Source: Bacillota bacterium (GTDB taxonomy: Bacteria; Bacillota; Clostridia; Oscillospirales; Acutalibacteraceae). Taken from it: a DNA stretch of 64,000 bases. The position numbers and the translations under genes are program-made. Location: assembly GCA_023391275.1 (NCBI GenBank), contig JAEWBE010000058.1, positions 1,411 to 65,410 of the forward strand, in the 5' to 3' direction. The notes beneath the pieces are model-generated. The model saw only the letters and a list, made by a program, of their open reading frames with translations. It was not told the origin of the DNA and ran no database searches. Below, piece after piece: positions 37,241 to 47,284 of this stretch (the first letter of the stretch is position 1; each line of letters begins with the position of its first letter).

Positions 37241-38944
37241 TTAATATATAGCAATCCATTGGATTCCCCAGTTCACTCCCGAAGAGGTGACCGCGTTTGT
37301 GATTTTCACCGTGAATCCGGTAGTGCTTACACTCTTTAAAATGCAGTAACCAAATCCGTTTGAGTTAAAAGCAGTTGTAACAACCGGTGTCGATGGGAGC
37401 GTTGTGCCGAAGCTAACATTGATATCCGCTGAATAATAGATCGAGCCATAGGCCGTCTGCGTAGCAGCCGTACCACTTGCTGAACCTTTGAGAATGTGCA
37501 GCCCACCCACGGTGTCGGCGTTCGGATGGTAGCCGTCGCTGTATGCTTTGGAGCCGGAGATATACACGTCGCCGCCTACGTCCAGAGCCCCGTTCTCCGG
37601 GATTTTGTTGATGCCGATCTTCCCGTCACGAATTGAAAAAACCGGCTTTGCCGTAGGCAGCAAGGCCGGCTGTATGGTTGCGGTATAGTAATCCGAAGCG
37701 ACAATCTCAAAGTTGAATGAAGTACCAATATCAAAGTTCCCAATGTTCGCATTAAAAGAAAAGCTGCCGCCGTTCATAGACGGCGTTATTGAAAAGTAGC
37801 TGCTCCATGTTCCCGAAGTGGTAGCCTTGTACCGATATTTTAAAGAATACTGACCTTTTGTCACCATGATACTAGCGAAAGTTCCGGCACAAACAAGTAC
37901 CGTACCCGCCTCGATATTGTTAACCCGGTTCAACGTAGCAGAAGAAATAGCAGGCACAGCATAGGGGATAGTTGTGAGATACACACTTTGCTGAGAGCTG
38001 TTCCCCCTGCTGTCTATCACTGTGATTGTCAGGTTATCATTGTTCAATACCGTGCCGAAACTAATTACGTTAGAACTGCTTGTAATGGTTTTTGAGCCAT
38101 ACTGGGCTTTGTAGGTGGAAATGGCAGCGTAATTTTTTGCCGCAGCGCCGTTTACCGTAACCCGAATGTTGGACTTTGTCTGGACAATTTGCGAAGAATT
38201 GCCTGTCAGGGAAACTGTAGCGGAATCTGTGTCCAAATAAGTAAAGTTCGTAAATGTCGGATTGCTATTGGCAACTCGCGCTGTAAAAGTGAGTTCCGTA
38301 TATCCAACTACCGAATCATCAGCCGCATAGGTAATCAGCCGAAGTGTACCAGTCCCGGAGTTTAAATTCGGTATCTGCTGGTACATCGAAGCAGCCCAAG
38401 ATGAAGTATCCCAATAGTAGCTGTCCGTGATGCCATAACACAGCGTTGTAGAATAGCCACCGAAATACAGATTTATTGCATGCGTAAACGTATTGCTTTT
38501 CCGGTTCGTGTAAATGCTGAATCCGTCTCCAATGTTGAAATCGTTGGTTGTTGCCGTGATCTGGCTTTTCCGTGGAATTGTTGTAAGCGTGATATTCTGT
38601 GAAACGCTGAGGTTTTCCAACTTGCTTGAAATGCTGGAATTGAAGAATCCAGTAATGTTGCAGATCTGTGTTCCATCATCATTATGCACCACGGTCGCCG
38701 TACAGGTGCTTCCGATTTTGACCCAACTGGAACCAATCGTAAAACCGGACGTGTACGTCATAGCTCGGCTGCCGTTTATATTAATGTAGGCAGTGCAGCT
38801 ACTGTCAGTGGATGGCCCGTAGCTGTCACGGTGAACGTAAAGTTCTGCGGAAATGGTTGAGGTATTCGCTGCAATATTCTGTGTGTAGGAATAGACCACT
38901 TTTACCTGAGAGCCATTTGAAAGCGCGCTTATGATTTCTGCCAT
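37241..38944 (-). CDS. Phage minor structural / receptor-binding tail protein (DUF859-like)
   Basis: LTTIPRKS, SNTFTH, DSRG motifs; beta-rich; C-terminal H-type-lectin-like WIAI; follows the tail spike gene. Confidence 0.7.
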   Translation of the reverse strand: MAEIISALSNGSQVKVVYSYTQNIAANTSTISAELYVHRDSYGPSTDSSCTAYININGSRAMTYTSGFTIGSSWVKIGSTCTATVVHNDDGTQICNITGFFNSSISSKLENLSVSQNITLTTIPRKSQITATTNDFNIGDGFSIYTNRKSNTFTHAINLYFGGYSTTLCYGITDSYYWDTSSWAASMYQQIPNLNSGTGTLRLITYAADDSVVGYTELTFTARVANSNPTFTNFTYLDTDSATVSLTGNSSQIVQTKSNIRVTVNGAAAKNYAAISTYKAQYGSKTITSSSNVISFGTVLNNDNLTITVIDSRGNSSQQSVYLTTIPYAVPAISSATLNRVNNIEAGTVLVCAGTFASIMVTKGQYSLKYRYKATTSGTWSSYFSITPSMNGGSFSFNANIGNFDIGTSFNFEIVASDYYTATIQPALLPTAKPVFSIRDGKIGINKIPENGALDVGGDVYISGSKAYSDGYHPNADTVGGLHILKGSASGTAATQTAYGSIYYSADINVSFGTTLPSTPVVTTAFNSNGFGYCILKSVSTTGFTVKITNAVTSSGVNWGIQWIAIY

Positions 38945-38959
38945 GCAATTTCTCCTTCC

Positions 38960-41470
38960 TTATACAATTACAAAATCGACACCCAAACCTGAGCGAACGA
39001 TTTCTTTGACATTGCCAACCGTAAGGTCGTCCTCAATAATTGTTTTTTGAAGCCGGGTGCCGTCCGGCGCAACATTGATGCGGAGATCATCGCCGCGCCA
39101 GATTTCAAACGATGCGGTTGAGATATGCGCTTTCATATCAGTTGTGTTGCTGCCAATCGTCAGGCCGGTACTGTCCGCGATAAAGTTTGTTGTGTAAAGT
39201 TCTTCATCGGACTGAACCCATGGCGCGATATTTTTGCCTTCCGATACGATCATGTCAGAAACCAGCGCATCCGCTGATACAGAAAATTTTAGAGTGCAGA
39301 CGGTATCCAGTGAGGTAAAGTCAAATGTTACATAAGTCCAATCCGTTCCGGTATTTGCGTTATCGTACAAAACGGATTCAGTGTTGTTTTGCGTAATCCC
39401 GACCGACACATGCCCGCCGGATGATGTGCTTTTGTAAAGCAACGATACCGTGTGCGGTGTGTTGAATTTCAGAGAAAAGGTTTGAAATATTGTACTCGCA
39501 GTATTAAGTTCAAAAGCAGAATTACTTACTGTATTATCCGAAGTATCGGTGTTCATAACCGTGGCCACTGTTCCTGTGATATTCCAAAACGTCAGTCCAT
39601 TTTTACCCGCCGAGTTTTTCAGCAGATTGCGGTATCCGGTCTGGCTGACTGAAAGCGTGATGCTATCCAATCCTTGCTCTATGGTTGTAATCTGTGTGTT
39701 TACGTCTGCAAGTTTGGAATCATTGTCGGAAACAAACGCATCGAATGTGCTGCCCTCCACTCTTGATAAAATCTCGGAAGAATGCTGTTCAATGGTTGAC
39801 TCGGTGTTGGAAAGCCGGAGCGCAATGCCGTCCTCTTCATTTGAAATCTGATTATCGATGCTGGAAACCGAAGTTTTGAGACCGTTGATATCGGTTTGAA
39901 CGGTCGTGAGCGTAGAATTGATCGTAGTGATTTCGCCTGAGTTTGTGTCCACACCGTTTTGTGCGGTATCAGCCAGCGCCTGAAGTTTTGCTGTAATTGC
40001 CTGAACCAGTGCATTTCTGACAGTATAATAATCCGCAAATTTCTGTCGGTACTCGATACCGCTAATATTGGTCGTCAGATTAAGGTGATCTGAGTCCAGC
40101 CAATCTGGGATACCCGTGGTGTAAAGTGCGCCGTCATTGAGATAATTTGATAAAAGTTGCAAACCACTGTCATAGGAATTCAATTCTGTGGTAATAGAAA
40201 GTGCAGCCGCCTGAGTATGGAGAGAATCTCTTTCATTATGAAAACTGCTCCATTCCCGCAAGACTATGCGCTTTTCAACCGGCGTTAACTTATCGTCGTT
40301 ATTCAGATCAACTGCTATGCCTGCTGCCGCATCGATTTTTTGGCTGGTAACCACAATTTCCTGCTGGATACTGTCAATCTTTTGTGATGTGGAATTAATG
40401 GAGTTTACCACGGAGATACGCTTTTCCCCGATTGTCAGCGTTTCATAACGGTCAGTCAGGCAATTGTACGAAACTGCACAAACCCGGAGTTTTACGTTGA
40501 TGTCAAAAGGGGAATACTCGACTGTCACATCGTCGCCCAAACCCACGGTCAGCAGAGATTTATATTTCTCATACTGTTTGATATCTTTCCAGTCTAAAAA
40601 ATTTAAGGAAAGTGATAGCTTCGGAATGTCTGCTCCTGCAAAATATCGGTCACTTATATACAGCCGCATAGCCGCGAAACAGGAATCCTCCGTCGGATAC
40701 GGAATCCCGCCATCAATTTCTTCTCCGACTTTAAAACTGGTATCCTCCACCGAAATAATCGGGAAGGGGTAATTATTGATATATAGACTATCGATGTATT
40801 GTTCAGGTAATCGCAGGAGCTTATTGTTTTCGGTCGCAGTCGGCATAATGCGCGTAACTACCTCGGAACTGTCCTCATTGAACTCCAATCCGGCCAAATT
40901 TTTACCGTAAGCAATTCGGACTCCGTTGTCAGCGCCAAGTCGGGTGTTGATTGCAATACTGAAATTGTTTCTGACGATCTCACCGCCCCAACGATTGATG
41001 AACGAGTCGTCGGTGTCACCCAGAAAAGCCTGAACCGGTGATTTCCGAATATAGTATGCTGTGGAGGTGTGCGTGATGTCGCTGGAAAAAGTAAAAGGTG
41101 TCAGGTACTGGCATCCGCTTAAAATCTGCTGCCCGGCTTCCAATCCAGTTTTGTCTGTCGGTCTTACATCTTCCACCAGATTTGCAAGGAGATCATAAAA
41201 AATGTGCCGCGCGTTTACCTTGATCGTACCGTCAGCTGCGCTTTTTACTACCCGGTAGATACGGAACGCCTGAATTCCACGGTGGGTATTCGCTCGGATG
41301 ATGTTATTTTTCTGCAGGCGTTTCCATTTACCGAAAATGTCAATTGGGTGAGAAAGTTCCAGTTCAAACGCTCCGTTGATTTCTTCCGTAACAACACAAG
41401 AGCCGGGGGCAATTGCCCCCAGCCCGTCGTTATTATATTCTATTGTTTTGGAATCATAAACCAGAACCAT
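38960..41470 (-). CDS. Phage tail spike / Tal (endopeptidase-like N-terminus, coiled coil, carbohydrate-binding-like module)
   Basis: EEINGAFELEL, FRIYRV, ARHIFYDL, RWGGEI, YGKNL, RNLLKNS. Confidence 0.85.
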   Translation of the reverse strand: MVLVYDSKTIEYNNDGLGAIAPGSCVVTEEINGAFELELSHPIDIFGKWKRLQKNNIIRANTHRGIQAFRIYRVVKSAADGTIKVNARHIFYDLLANLVEDVRPTDKTGLEAGQQILSGCQYLTPFTFSSDITHTSTAYYIRKSPVQAFLGDTDDSFINRWGGEIVRNNFSIAINTRLGADNGVRIAYGKNLAGLEFNEDSSEVVTRIMPTATENNKLLRLPEQYIDSLYINNYPFPIISVEDTSFKVGEEIDGGIPYPTEDSCFAAMRLYISDRYFAGADIPKLSLSLNFLDWKDIKQYEKYKSLLTVGLGDDVTVEYSPFDINVKLRVCAVSYNCLTDRYETLTIGEKRISVVNSINSTSQKIDSIQQEIVVTSQKIDAAAGIAVDLNNDDKLTPVEKRIVLREWSSFHNERDSLHTQAAALSITTELNSYDSGLQLLSNYLNDGALYTTGIPDWLDSDHLNLTTNISGIEYRQKFADYYTVRNALVQAITAKLQALADTAQNGVDTNSGEITTINSTLTTVQTDINGLKTSVSSIDNQISNEEDGIALRLSNTESTIEQHSSEILSRVEGSTFDAFVSDNDSKLADVNTQITTIEQGLDSITLSVSQTGYRNLLKNSAGKNGLTFWNITGTVATVMNTDTSDNTVSNSAFELNTASTIFQTFSLKFNTPHTVSLLYKSTSSGGHVSVGITQNNTESVLYDNANTGTDWTYVTFDFTSLDTVCTLKFSVSADALVSDMIVSEGKNIAPWVQSDEELYTTNFIADSTGLTIGSNTTDMKAHISTASFEIWRGDDLRINVAPDGTRLQKTIIEDDLTVGNVKEIVRSGLGVDFVIV

Positions 41471-42180
41471 TACAACCACCGCCAGTTCGGAGTAATTTCA
41501 AGGGATGTGATGCCGCCGGAAAAGGAAATTGTGTTCTCACCCGGCAGGAGCACCGGGTAATCCCCAGTCTTGGTGAAATTTTTGCTAACGAGCGACGTAC
41601 CGGTGTCTTTATACGTTTCCTGAACCGTGGAATCAAGCGTCACCGTGTCGTCTATGTCGCTGAGGAACACACTCTGACCGTTCACTGTAAGACTGCCAGA
41701 ACCAGAGCCGGTTACCTTTATATTAGGAAGGGATTTCACCGTTCCGGGATTGGTAAGTGTTGTGCTTTCGATGACCATAATGGGCGTATTGTCCGTTGCA
41801 TATTGAAACGGCTGGCAGTTGAACAGGATGACAAAATGAGATGTAATCTTCAAGACTATCTCAAAATCGATGTTGTTTACTACCTGAGCGATGTATTTTT
41901 GGTCAGGCTGGTAGCTGAAAATCAAATCACTTTCACCTGCGTTCAGGAGCCAACTTTTGATGCTGCTGATTTTTGAGTACGGGTTTCCTATAAGTGAACA
42001 TTCTACGGAAAGAGTGATATCCTCATAGGTTCCTTCATCCCGCCGCAGACTGGAATCCCTGCCGGGCACTTCAATATATGAAACGCGACGCTTGGGTGAC
42101 GGAAGATTCGGGCGCTTTTCAATATAGATGCCAAAATTCTGAAAGCTGTCTTTTCCATTAAATATGAAACTTAGCATCAT
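41470..42180 (-). CDS. Distal tail protein (Dit)
   Basis: FNGKDS, VPGRDS, FNCQPFQY, LLPGENTI, ITPNWRWL; follows tape measure. Confidence 0.85.
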   Translation of the reverse strand: MMLSFIFNGKDSFQNFGIYIEKRPNLPSPKRRVSYIEVPGRDSSLRRDEGTYEDITLSVECSLIGNPYSKISSIKSWLLNAGESDLIFSYQPDQKYIAQVVNNIDFEIVLKITSHFVILFNCQPFQYATDNTPIMVIESTTLTNPGTVKSLPNIKVTGSGSGSLTVNGQSVFLSDIDDTVTLDSTVQETYKDTGTSLVSKNFTKTGDYPVLLPGENTISFSGGITSLEITPNWRWL

Positions 42181-44468
42181 ACTCCTCCTGTCGCCAAAGC
42201 TGTTCGCTGCCGGTAAAATTCAAATTCATAGGCAAGTTGCTGAATGTCCTTTTCTGTGTTATTAACAAAATTTTCAATATGCAGTGTAAAACCGCTAACG
42301 CCGATTCCGTTCCTTTTGGCAGCACCACCTATTGAATTGGCATTTACGCTGGTATTTAGGTCAAAGTTTGTAGGGATTGCTGCCTGTATGTCACCGGACA
42401 CCTGATCCATGGCCTTGCTGAAACCAATACCCAAGCCCTGCGCCATATAACCGCCAATCCCGGCAAACACAGTGGAGGGGGAGTGAATTCCCAGCATTCC
42501 TTTTACGCTGTCGACGATGCCGCCGAAAAAGTCGGTGACTTTGCTTTGAATCCATGCCCCCATGCTTTTGATGCCTTCCCACAGGCCGGTAACAATATTT
42601 GTGCCGACTTGATTCATTGATGTCTGCAATCTGCCAAATCCATTTACAATTGACGAAATGATCTGCGGCAATTTTGAAATGAGTTGCGGTATTGCACGAA
42701 CCAGCCCAGCCGCCAGTTCCACGACGATTCTGATACCAAGCTCAATGATAAGCGGCAGGTTGTTCACAATGAAATTTACGATAGAATCAATGATTTTAGG
42801 TAATGAATTGATCAGCTTTGGCAATGCGGCAATTAATCCTTTTGCCAGCCCTTCGATGATTTTGAAGGCTGCTGCAAGGACTTTGTCCATATTATTGATT
42901 AGCGTATTTACAATGAGAATCACCGCATCTACAATTGCCGGGATAAGTTTCGGAAGTGCATCACCGATTCCGGTGGCAAGCGCGACAATCATTTGGAGAG
43001 CTCCCTCAACCAAAGCGGGGAGATTTGCGATAATCCCATCCACAAGCGCCATCACCAACTGCAAGGCTCCCGCTGCGATCTGCGGCAAAGCGGCAATCAG
43101 CGCTTGGAGCAGCGTCATTACAATTTGTACCGCTGAATTGATAATGGTCGGCAAATTTGTGATGATTGCTCCGCCGATGGAAGTAACGACTTCAAGTCCG
43201 ACTTGCACAAGGTTGGGCAGTTCTTTCACCAGCATGTTTGCGAGATTCCCGACGGTATCTCCGATCACTTTCGATATTTTATTCCAGTCGCCGCCTGCGT
43301 CGGACAATCCCTTGGTGAAACTGCCAAGCAGTGAAACGCCCTGATCAGCGAACACTTGAAGCTCCGGGAGTAGCACTGTGCCAAGCATGTTTTTGGCAGC
43401 CCCAGCACCGGATTTTATCCGCTGAACACTGTCATCAAATTTGCCCAGTGCATTGAGCGAATCATCAGACATCACCGCGCCCATCTTTTTGGCTTCACCT
43501 GTAAGCTGTGCAATCCCGGCGCTACCCTTTTCTATGAGCGGGTTTAAATCCTGCGCGGACTTTCCGAAGATTTTCATGGAAAGCGCGTCGCGTTCGGTTG
43601 TGTCCTTGACCTTTCCCAGTGCATCGATGGTTGACCAGTAAACATCCCCACTGTTTTTCAGATGTCCGTTGGAATCCTGTACCGAAACGCCCAGCTTTTT
43701 ATATGCTTCTGCCATATCTTTCGAACCGCCTGCTGCCGAGGACATAGAACGGACTTGCTTCGCCATACTTCCGGTAAGTGTTTCAAGAGGAGTATCTACC
43801 AGCTCGGCAGCGTATTTGTATGCCTGCAGGCTTTCCGTACTCATATGCGTTTGCGAAGCTGTTGTCAGAATTTCATCCGCATAGGATGCAGAATTCACGG
43901 ACGCATCTACTAAAGATTTTCCCGCGCCCACAGCCGCCGCACCGATTCCAGCCAAAGCGACTCCCATGGAAGCGCCGATCCCTTTGAGCACGCCGCCCAA
44001 CTTTTCAAACCTGCCCCCGGCATCATCGGTTTTTTCCGCAGCTTTACGAATTCCATCTCCAAACTGACTCGCTTGCTTTTCTGTGCTGTTGAATTCTTTT
44101 CCTGCGCCATCCAAAGAATCATTGTTCTTCTGGAGTTCTTTTTCCATGCCGATGAGGTCAGCCTTGGCGTTATTCAGCTGAACGGCCCATGATTGTGTGC
44201 GTTTGTCATTCTCACCAAAGGAAGTGGAAGCATTCTGCAGCGCCTTTTCCAGAGTGTTGATCTTGTCCTTTTGAGCATCAATTTCCTTATTAAATACTGA
44301 ATTTCTTGCAGTAACCGCTTGAACCGATTTATCCTGTTTATCGAATTCCGAGGAAACAAGGTTCATTTCACTGCCGAGGACTTTAAAACTTTGATTGATA
44401 TCTTTCAAAGAATTTTTAAAGTCCTTTTCGCCCTCAACTCCGATTTTGAATCCGAAATTGTCTGCCAT
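42177..44468 (-). CDS. Phage tail tape-measure protein
   Basis: MADNFGFKIGVEGEK N-terminus, Ala/Gly-rich region, 11-residue amphipathic LP repeats, GIHSPS. Confidence 0.9.
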   Translation of the reverse strand: MADNFGFKIGVEGEKDFKNSLKDINQSFKVLGSEMNLVSSEFDKQDKSVQAVTARNSVFNKEIDAQKDKINTLEKALQNASTSFGENDKRTQSWAVQLNNAKADLIGMEKELQKNNDSLDGAGKEFNSTEKQASQFGDGIRKAAEKTDDAGGRFEKLGGVLKGIGASMGVALAGIGAAAVGAGKSLVDASVNSASYADEILTTASQTHMSTESLQAYKYAAELVDTPLETLTGSMAKQVRSMSSAAGGSKDMAEAYKKLGVSVQDSNGHLKNSGDVYWSTIDALGKVKDTTERDALSMKIFGKSAQDLNPLIEKGSAGIAQLTGEAKKMGAVMSDDSLNALGKFDDSVQRIKSGAGAAKNMLGTVLLPELQVFADQGVSLLGSFTKGLSDAGGDWNKISKVIGDTVGNLANMLVKELPNLVQVGLEVVTSIGGAIITNLPTIINSAVQIVMTLLQALIAALPQIAAGALQLVMALVDGIIANLPALVEGALQMIVALATGIGDALPKLIPAIVDAVILIVNTLINNMDKVLAAAFKIIEGLAKGLIAALPKLINSLPKIIDSIVNFIVNNLPLIIELGIRIVVELAAGLVRAIPQLISKLPQIISSIVNGFGRLQTSMNQVGTNIVTGLWEGIKSMGAWIQSKVTDFFGGIVDSVKGMLGIHSPSTVFAGIGGYMAQGLGIGFSKAMDQVSGDIQAAIPTNFDLNTSVNANSIGGAAKRNGIGVSGFTLHIENFVNNTEKDIQQLAYEFEFYRQRTALATGGV

Positions 44469-44555
44469 TTCTCCACCCCCTCCCTAAAAATGGACATAAG
44501 AAAAGACACTCTGTTTTCAGAGTGCCTAATGAACTATAAATTATTTAATTTGTAA

Positions 44556-44999
44556 TTATCCATGCCAAGCATAATACATTCCTTGACTATATGCATGGGA
44601 AATATTCTTTTTGTTCATCCAAGTATAGTTTTCTTTTATCCATTGTTTAATTTCAGCCGCTGCAATAACCGTATTTTGTATCCTGTAATCGTACTTGTCA
44701 GAAATAAAACCATTAATATCACTTCTAACTTGCTCAATGTAGAGGCTTATTTCGGAACTTTCTTCTTCTGTAAGTTCCGGTAATCTTTCCTGTGCGAGTT
44801 CTTTTATCGGTCGCATCCAATTTGAGCCAAATTCCAAAGATGCATCAAATAGAATATTTAAATTTATTTGTCGAGACTGCGAGCTGATAGTATCATCATG
44901 TGATTTACATGAATCGAATAATGATTTTATTCTTTTTATAACATTCATACATACCGTTCTTTTCATGGAAAATTTATTCTTTTCAAAATTATATTCCAT
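44556..44999 (-). CDS. Low-GC hypothetical protein (moron) inserted in the tail operon
   Basis: AT-rich ORF between the chaperone and tape-measure genes; start codon uncertain. Confidence 0.6.
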   Translation of the reverse strand: MEYNFEKNKFSMKRTVCMNVIKRIKSLFDSCKSHDDTISSQSRQINLNILFDASLEFGSNWMRPIKELAQERLPELTEEESSEISLYIEQVRSDINGFISDKYDYRIQNTVIAAAEIKQWIKENYTWMNKKNISHAYSQGMYYAWHG

Positions 45000-45198
45000 C
45001 AGGTACTATGTCGTCAATGAAAAGTTCCCGTTTCGGCTTTGCCATTCCGTTAAACTGCTTGTGAATCTCCCATTGATCGAGCAAATCGCCAATCGACATG
45101 AACCAAACATTAGATTCGGGGCGATGAAGTTGGGTTACGCCATAATAAACAAGTCGGGCAAACAGTTCTTCATCTGTTACCCGACTTGTGTGTTTTTT
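44989..45198 (-). CDS. Tail assembly chaperone C-terminal extension reached by -1 frameshift (gpGT-like)
   Basis: A-AAA-AAC slippery heptamer at 45198-45192; -1 frame reads ...VTDEELFARLVYYGVTQLHRPESNVWFMSIGDLLDQWEIHKQFNGMAKPKRELFIDDIVPDGI. Confidence 0.7.
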   Translation of the reverse strand, partial: KKHTSRVTDEELFARLVYYGVTQLHRPESNVWFMSIGDLLDQWEIHKQFNGMAKPKRELFIDDIVPDGI

Positions 45199-45560
45199 GA
45201 GGATTCTTCCTCGCTTTCAACATAGCGCTTCGTTCCTTTAAGCATTGCTTCCATAATTGCGTCCTTGTATGTAGCCAAATCCAGTGGGGAAGTTAAAAGT
45301 TCAACCGCTTCCTCCGTTAGCAAATCCCGTTTGTCCGCATTTTGCAGATTGTGAATCAGAACACTTTGATTTGCCAGCAGCACAATCAGCCAGACAATTT
45401 CCTCGATTGCCATTTCGAAGTTTTCAGATTTCATAAGCTTTTCCCCGAGGTTTTCCAAACCGCCGTAACGCTGTGCGATTTCTTTTGTTGCGCGAGTAGT
45501 CAAAACGAGCTGGTATTCCTCGCCAGCAATTTTAATTTCTGCACTTCTATCTGAATCCAA
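45177..45560 (-). CDS. Phage tail assembly chaperone
   Basis: LTTRATKEIAQRYGGLENLG; lies between major tail and tape-measure genes; TTG start with AAGGAGG RBS. Confidence 0.8.
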   Translation of the reverse strand: MDSDRSAEIKIAGEEYQLVLTTRATKEIAQRYGGLENLGEKLMKSENFEMAIEEIVWLIVLLANQSVLIHNLQNADKRDLLTEEAVELLTSPLDLATYKDAIMEAMLKGTKRYVESEEESSKNTQVG

Positions 45561-45754
45561 TATTAAACCCTCCTTAACATAAAGTTCCCTGAATTTTCAT
45601 GCTGGCTTCACTTAAACTCCATAATTACTGCCTATAAATAATCATTCCAAAAGATTCAAACAGTTTATAAGTTCTATATATGAGGACTCATATATACTCT
45701 TTTTCATATTTCCCCTCTTAAATTGCCGCTCTGAAAAGAGCGGCTCTTTTCATA

Positions 45755-47284
45755 TTATGGTGTAACCGTAAACTCAGGCTCATACACCTGTGTAAACCAA
45801 CCGGTAATTGTAGCAGCGACAACACCCGCGTCATCTTCACTAACCTCTGATTTCCATGGGTGATTTCCTTGACCGTCCAGTTTGTTCCGACGCATGACTG
45901 TGCCCTCAATAGAAGGAGTGGAAAATTTGATGCTGTCTCCCTTGGTTTCAAGATTAGTGGCAGGAATGCCAAACTTTACTTTATACAGCCAAAAATAACG
46001 ATATTTTCCGTTTGCTTTCTTTGCCCGGAATCCGATTGCCACCGGTGTACCGCCGTCCTCACTGGTTGAAACAAGCACGCCATTGTCATCAATGGTTGCG
46101 CCGGTCAAATCTTCCGCTGCGGTTCTGCCGATATCGTCCACGCCAAGCGAAAGTTTTCCGGATTTAAACTCTTTTACAACAGTCGCCACGCCGTCGTCTG
46201 CGTAAAGCACGGCTTCTGCAAGATCGACGGATAAGTCGGATTTAATTGCCTTATCACCTTCCTTGCTGGAGTTGGCAATAAAGTATCCGCAAAGCCCAAC
46301 TGGCTTCATCGTCGGATGTTCCCCATTTCGGTGTGGCTTATCAAACTTAACAAGCGTGGTCTGCTTCCTATCGCCATACCAAGCGTGACCTGCTCCATCC
46401 TTCCAGCCATACAGAATTGGTTCATGCTGCCACTGATAATCCTGCTTACCCATGACCAACGAACTTTTCACCCACACCAGGCACTGCCTTAGCCGATACC
46501 CAGCAAGCTTGAATGCATTTCTAAAGTTGTAACCCTCACTGTCAGCGTGGAACACATAAATTGCTGCACCCTTTTTAGAATGCTCATACATTCTGGTAAA
46601 GGCATCTGTTAAGAACTGAAGAAACTGTGTGTCTTTCATTTTATCGTTCTGGATTTTCAGCTTTTTATCAGTTCCTCCCTCATAGTCAACGTTATATGGA
46701 GGATCGGTAAGAACCAGATCGGCTTCCTGTCCGTTCATGAGAGCAGTAACATCATCGATCGCTGTACTGTCCCCGCAAATAAGGCGGTGCTTGCCAAGTA
46801 GCCAAACGTCCCCCCGCGTACTAATTGGTGTTTCAATCTCATCAAGTGCCTTATCCGCATCAAAATCATCTTCTTTTGTGTCCGGTTCTCCAAACAGTTC
46901 ATTGATTTCCGATAAATCGAAGCCTGTGAGCGAAACATCAAAGCCACTGGTATCAAGATCTTTTAACAAATCTGTAAGAAGCGGCATATCCCAATCGCCG
47001 CTTACTTTATTAAGAGCAACGTTTAATGCTTTTTCTTTTTGCTCATCCATATCCACAACTACACAGTCCACCTCTTTCGCACCAAGCTGCACCAGCACCT
47101 TGAAGCGTTGATGACCGCCCACAATATTGCCAGTGCAGCTGTTCCAGATGACCGGTTCCACATAACCAAATTTCTCAATAGAACGCTTGAGTTTTTCGTA
47201 TTCCACATCACCCGGCTTAAGATTTTTTCTGGGGTTATACTTTGCATGCTTTATTTTATCTATTGATATTTTTTGTATATCCAT
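45755..47284 (-). CDS. In-frame chimera: ParB-like plus truncated adenine DNA methyltransferase fused to N-truncated phi13-type major tail protein
   Basis: YNPRK/GGHQR ParB-like domain, TDPPYN, HPTMKP, then at about 46252 a switch to KAIKSDLSVDLAEAVLYADDG...AIGFRAKKANGKYRYFWLYKVKF major-tail motifs. Confidence 0.85.
   Translation of the reverse strand: MDIQKISIDKIKHAKYNPRKNLKPGDVEYEKLKRSIEKFGYVEPVIWNSCTGNIVGGHQRFKVLVQLGAKEVDCVVVDMDEQKEKALNVALNKVSGDWDMPLLTDLLKDLDTSGFDVSLTGFDLSEINELFGEPDTKEDDFDADKALDEIETPISTRGDVWLLGKHRLICGDSTAIDDVTALMNGQEADLVLTDPPYNVDYEGGTDKKLKIQNDKMKDTQFLQFLTDAFTRMYEHSKKGAAIYVFHADSEGYNFRNAFKLAGYRLRQCLVWVKSSLVMGKQDYQWQHEPILYGWKDGAGHAWYGDRKQTTLVKFDKPHRNGEHPTMKPVGLCGYFIANSSKEGDKAIKSDLSVDLAEAVLYADDGVATVVKEFKSGKLSLGVDDIGRTAAEDLTGATIDDNGVLVSTSEDGGTPVAIGFRAKKANGKYRYFWLYKVKFGIPATNLETKGDSIKFSTPSIEGTVMRRNKLDGQGNHPWKSEVSEDDAGVVAATITGWFTQVYEPEFTVTP

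Noticed and set aside
45755..47284. Active phage DNA methyltransferase
   Set aside because: Truncated before the SAM-binding FxGxG motif
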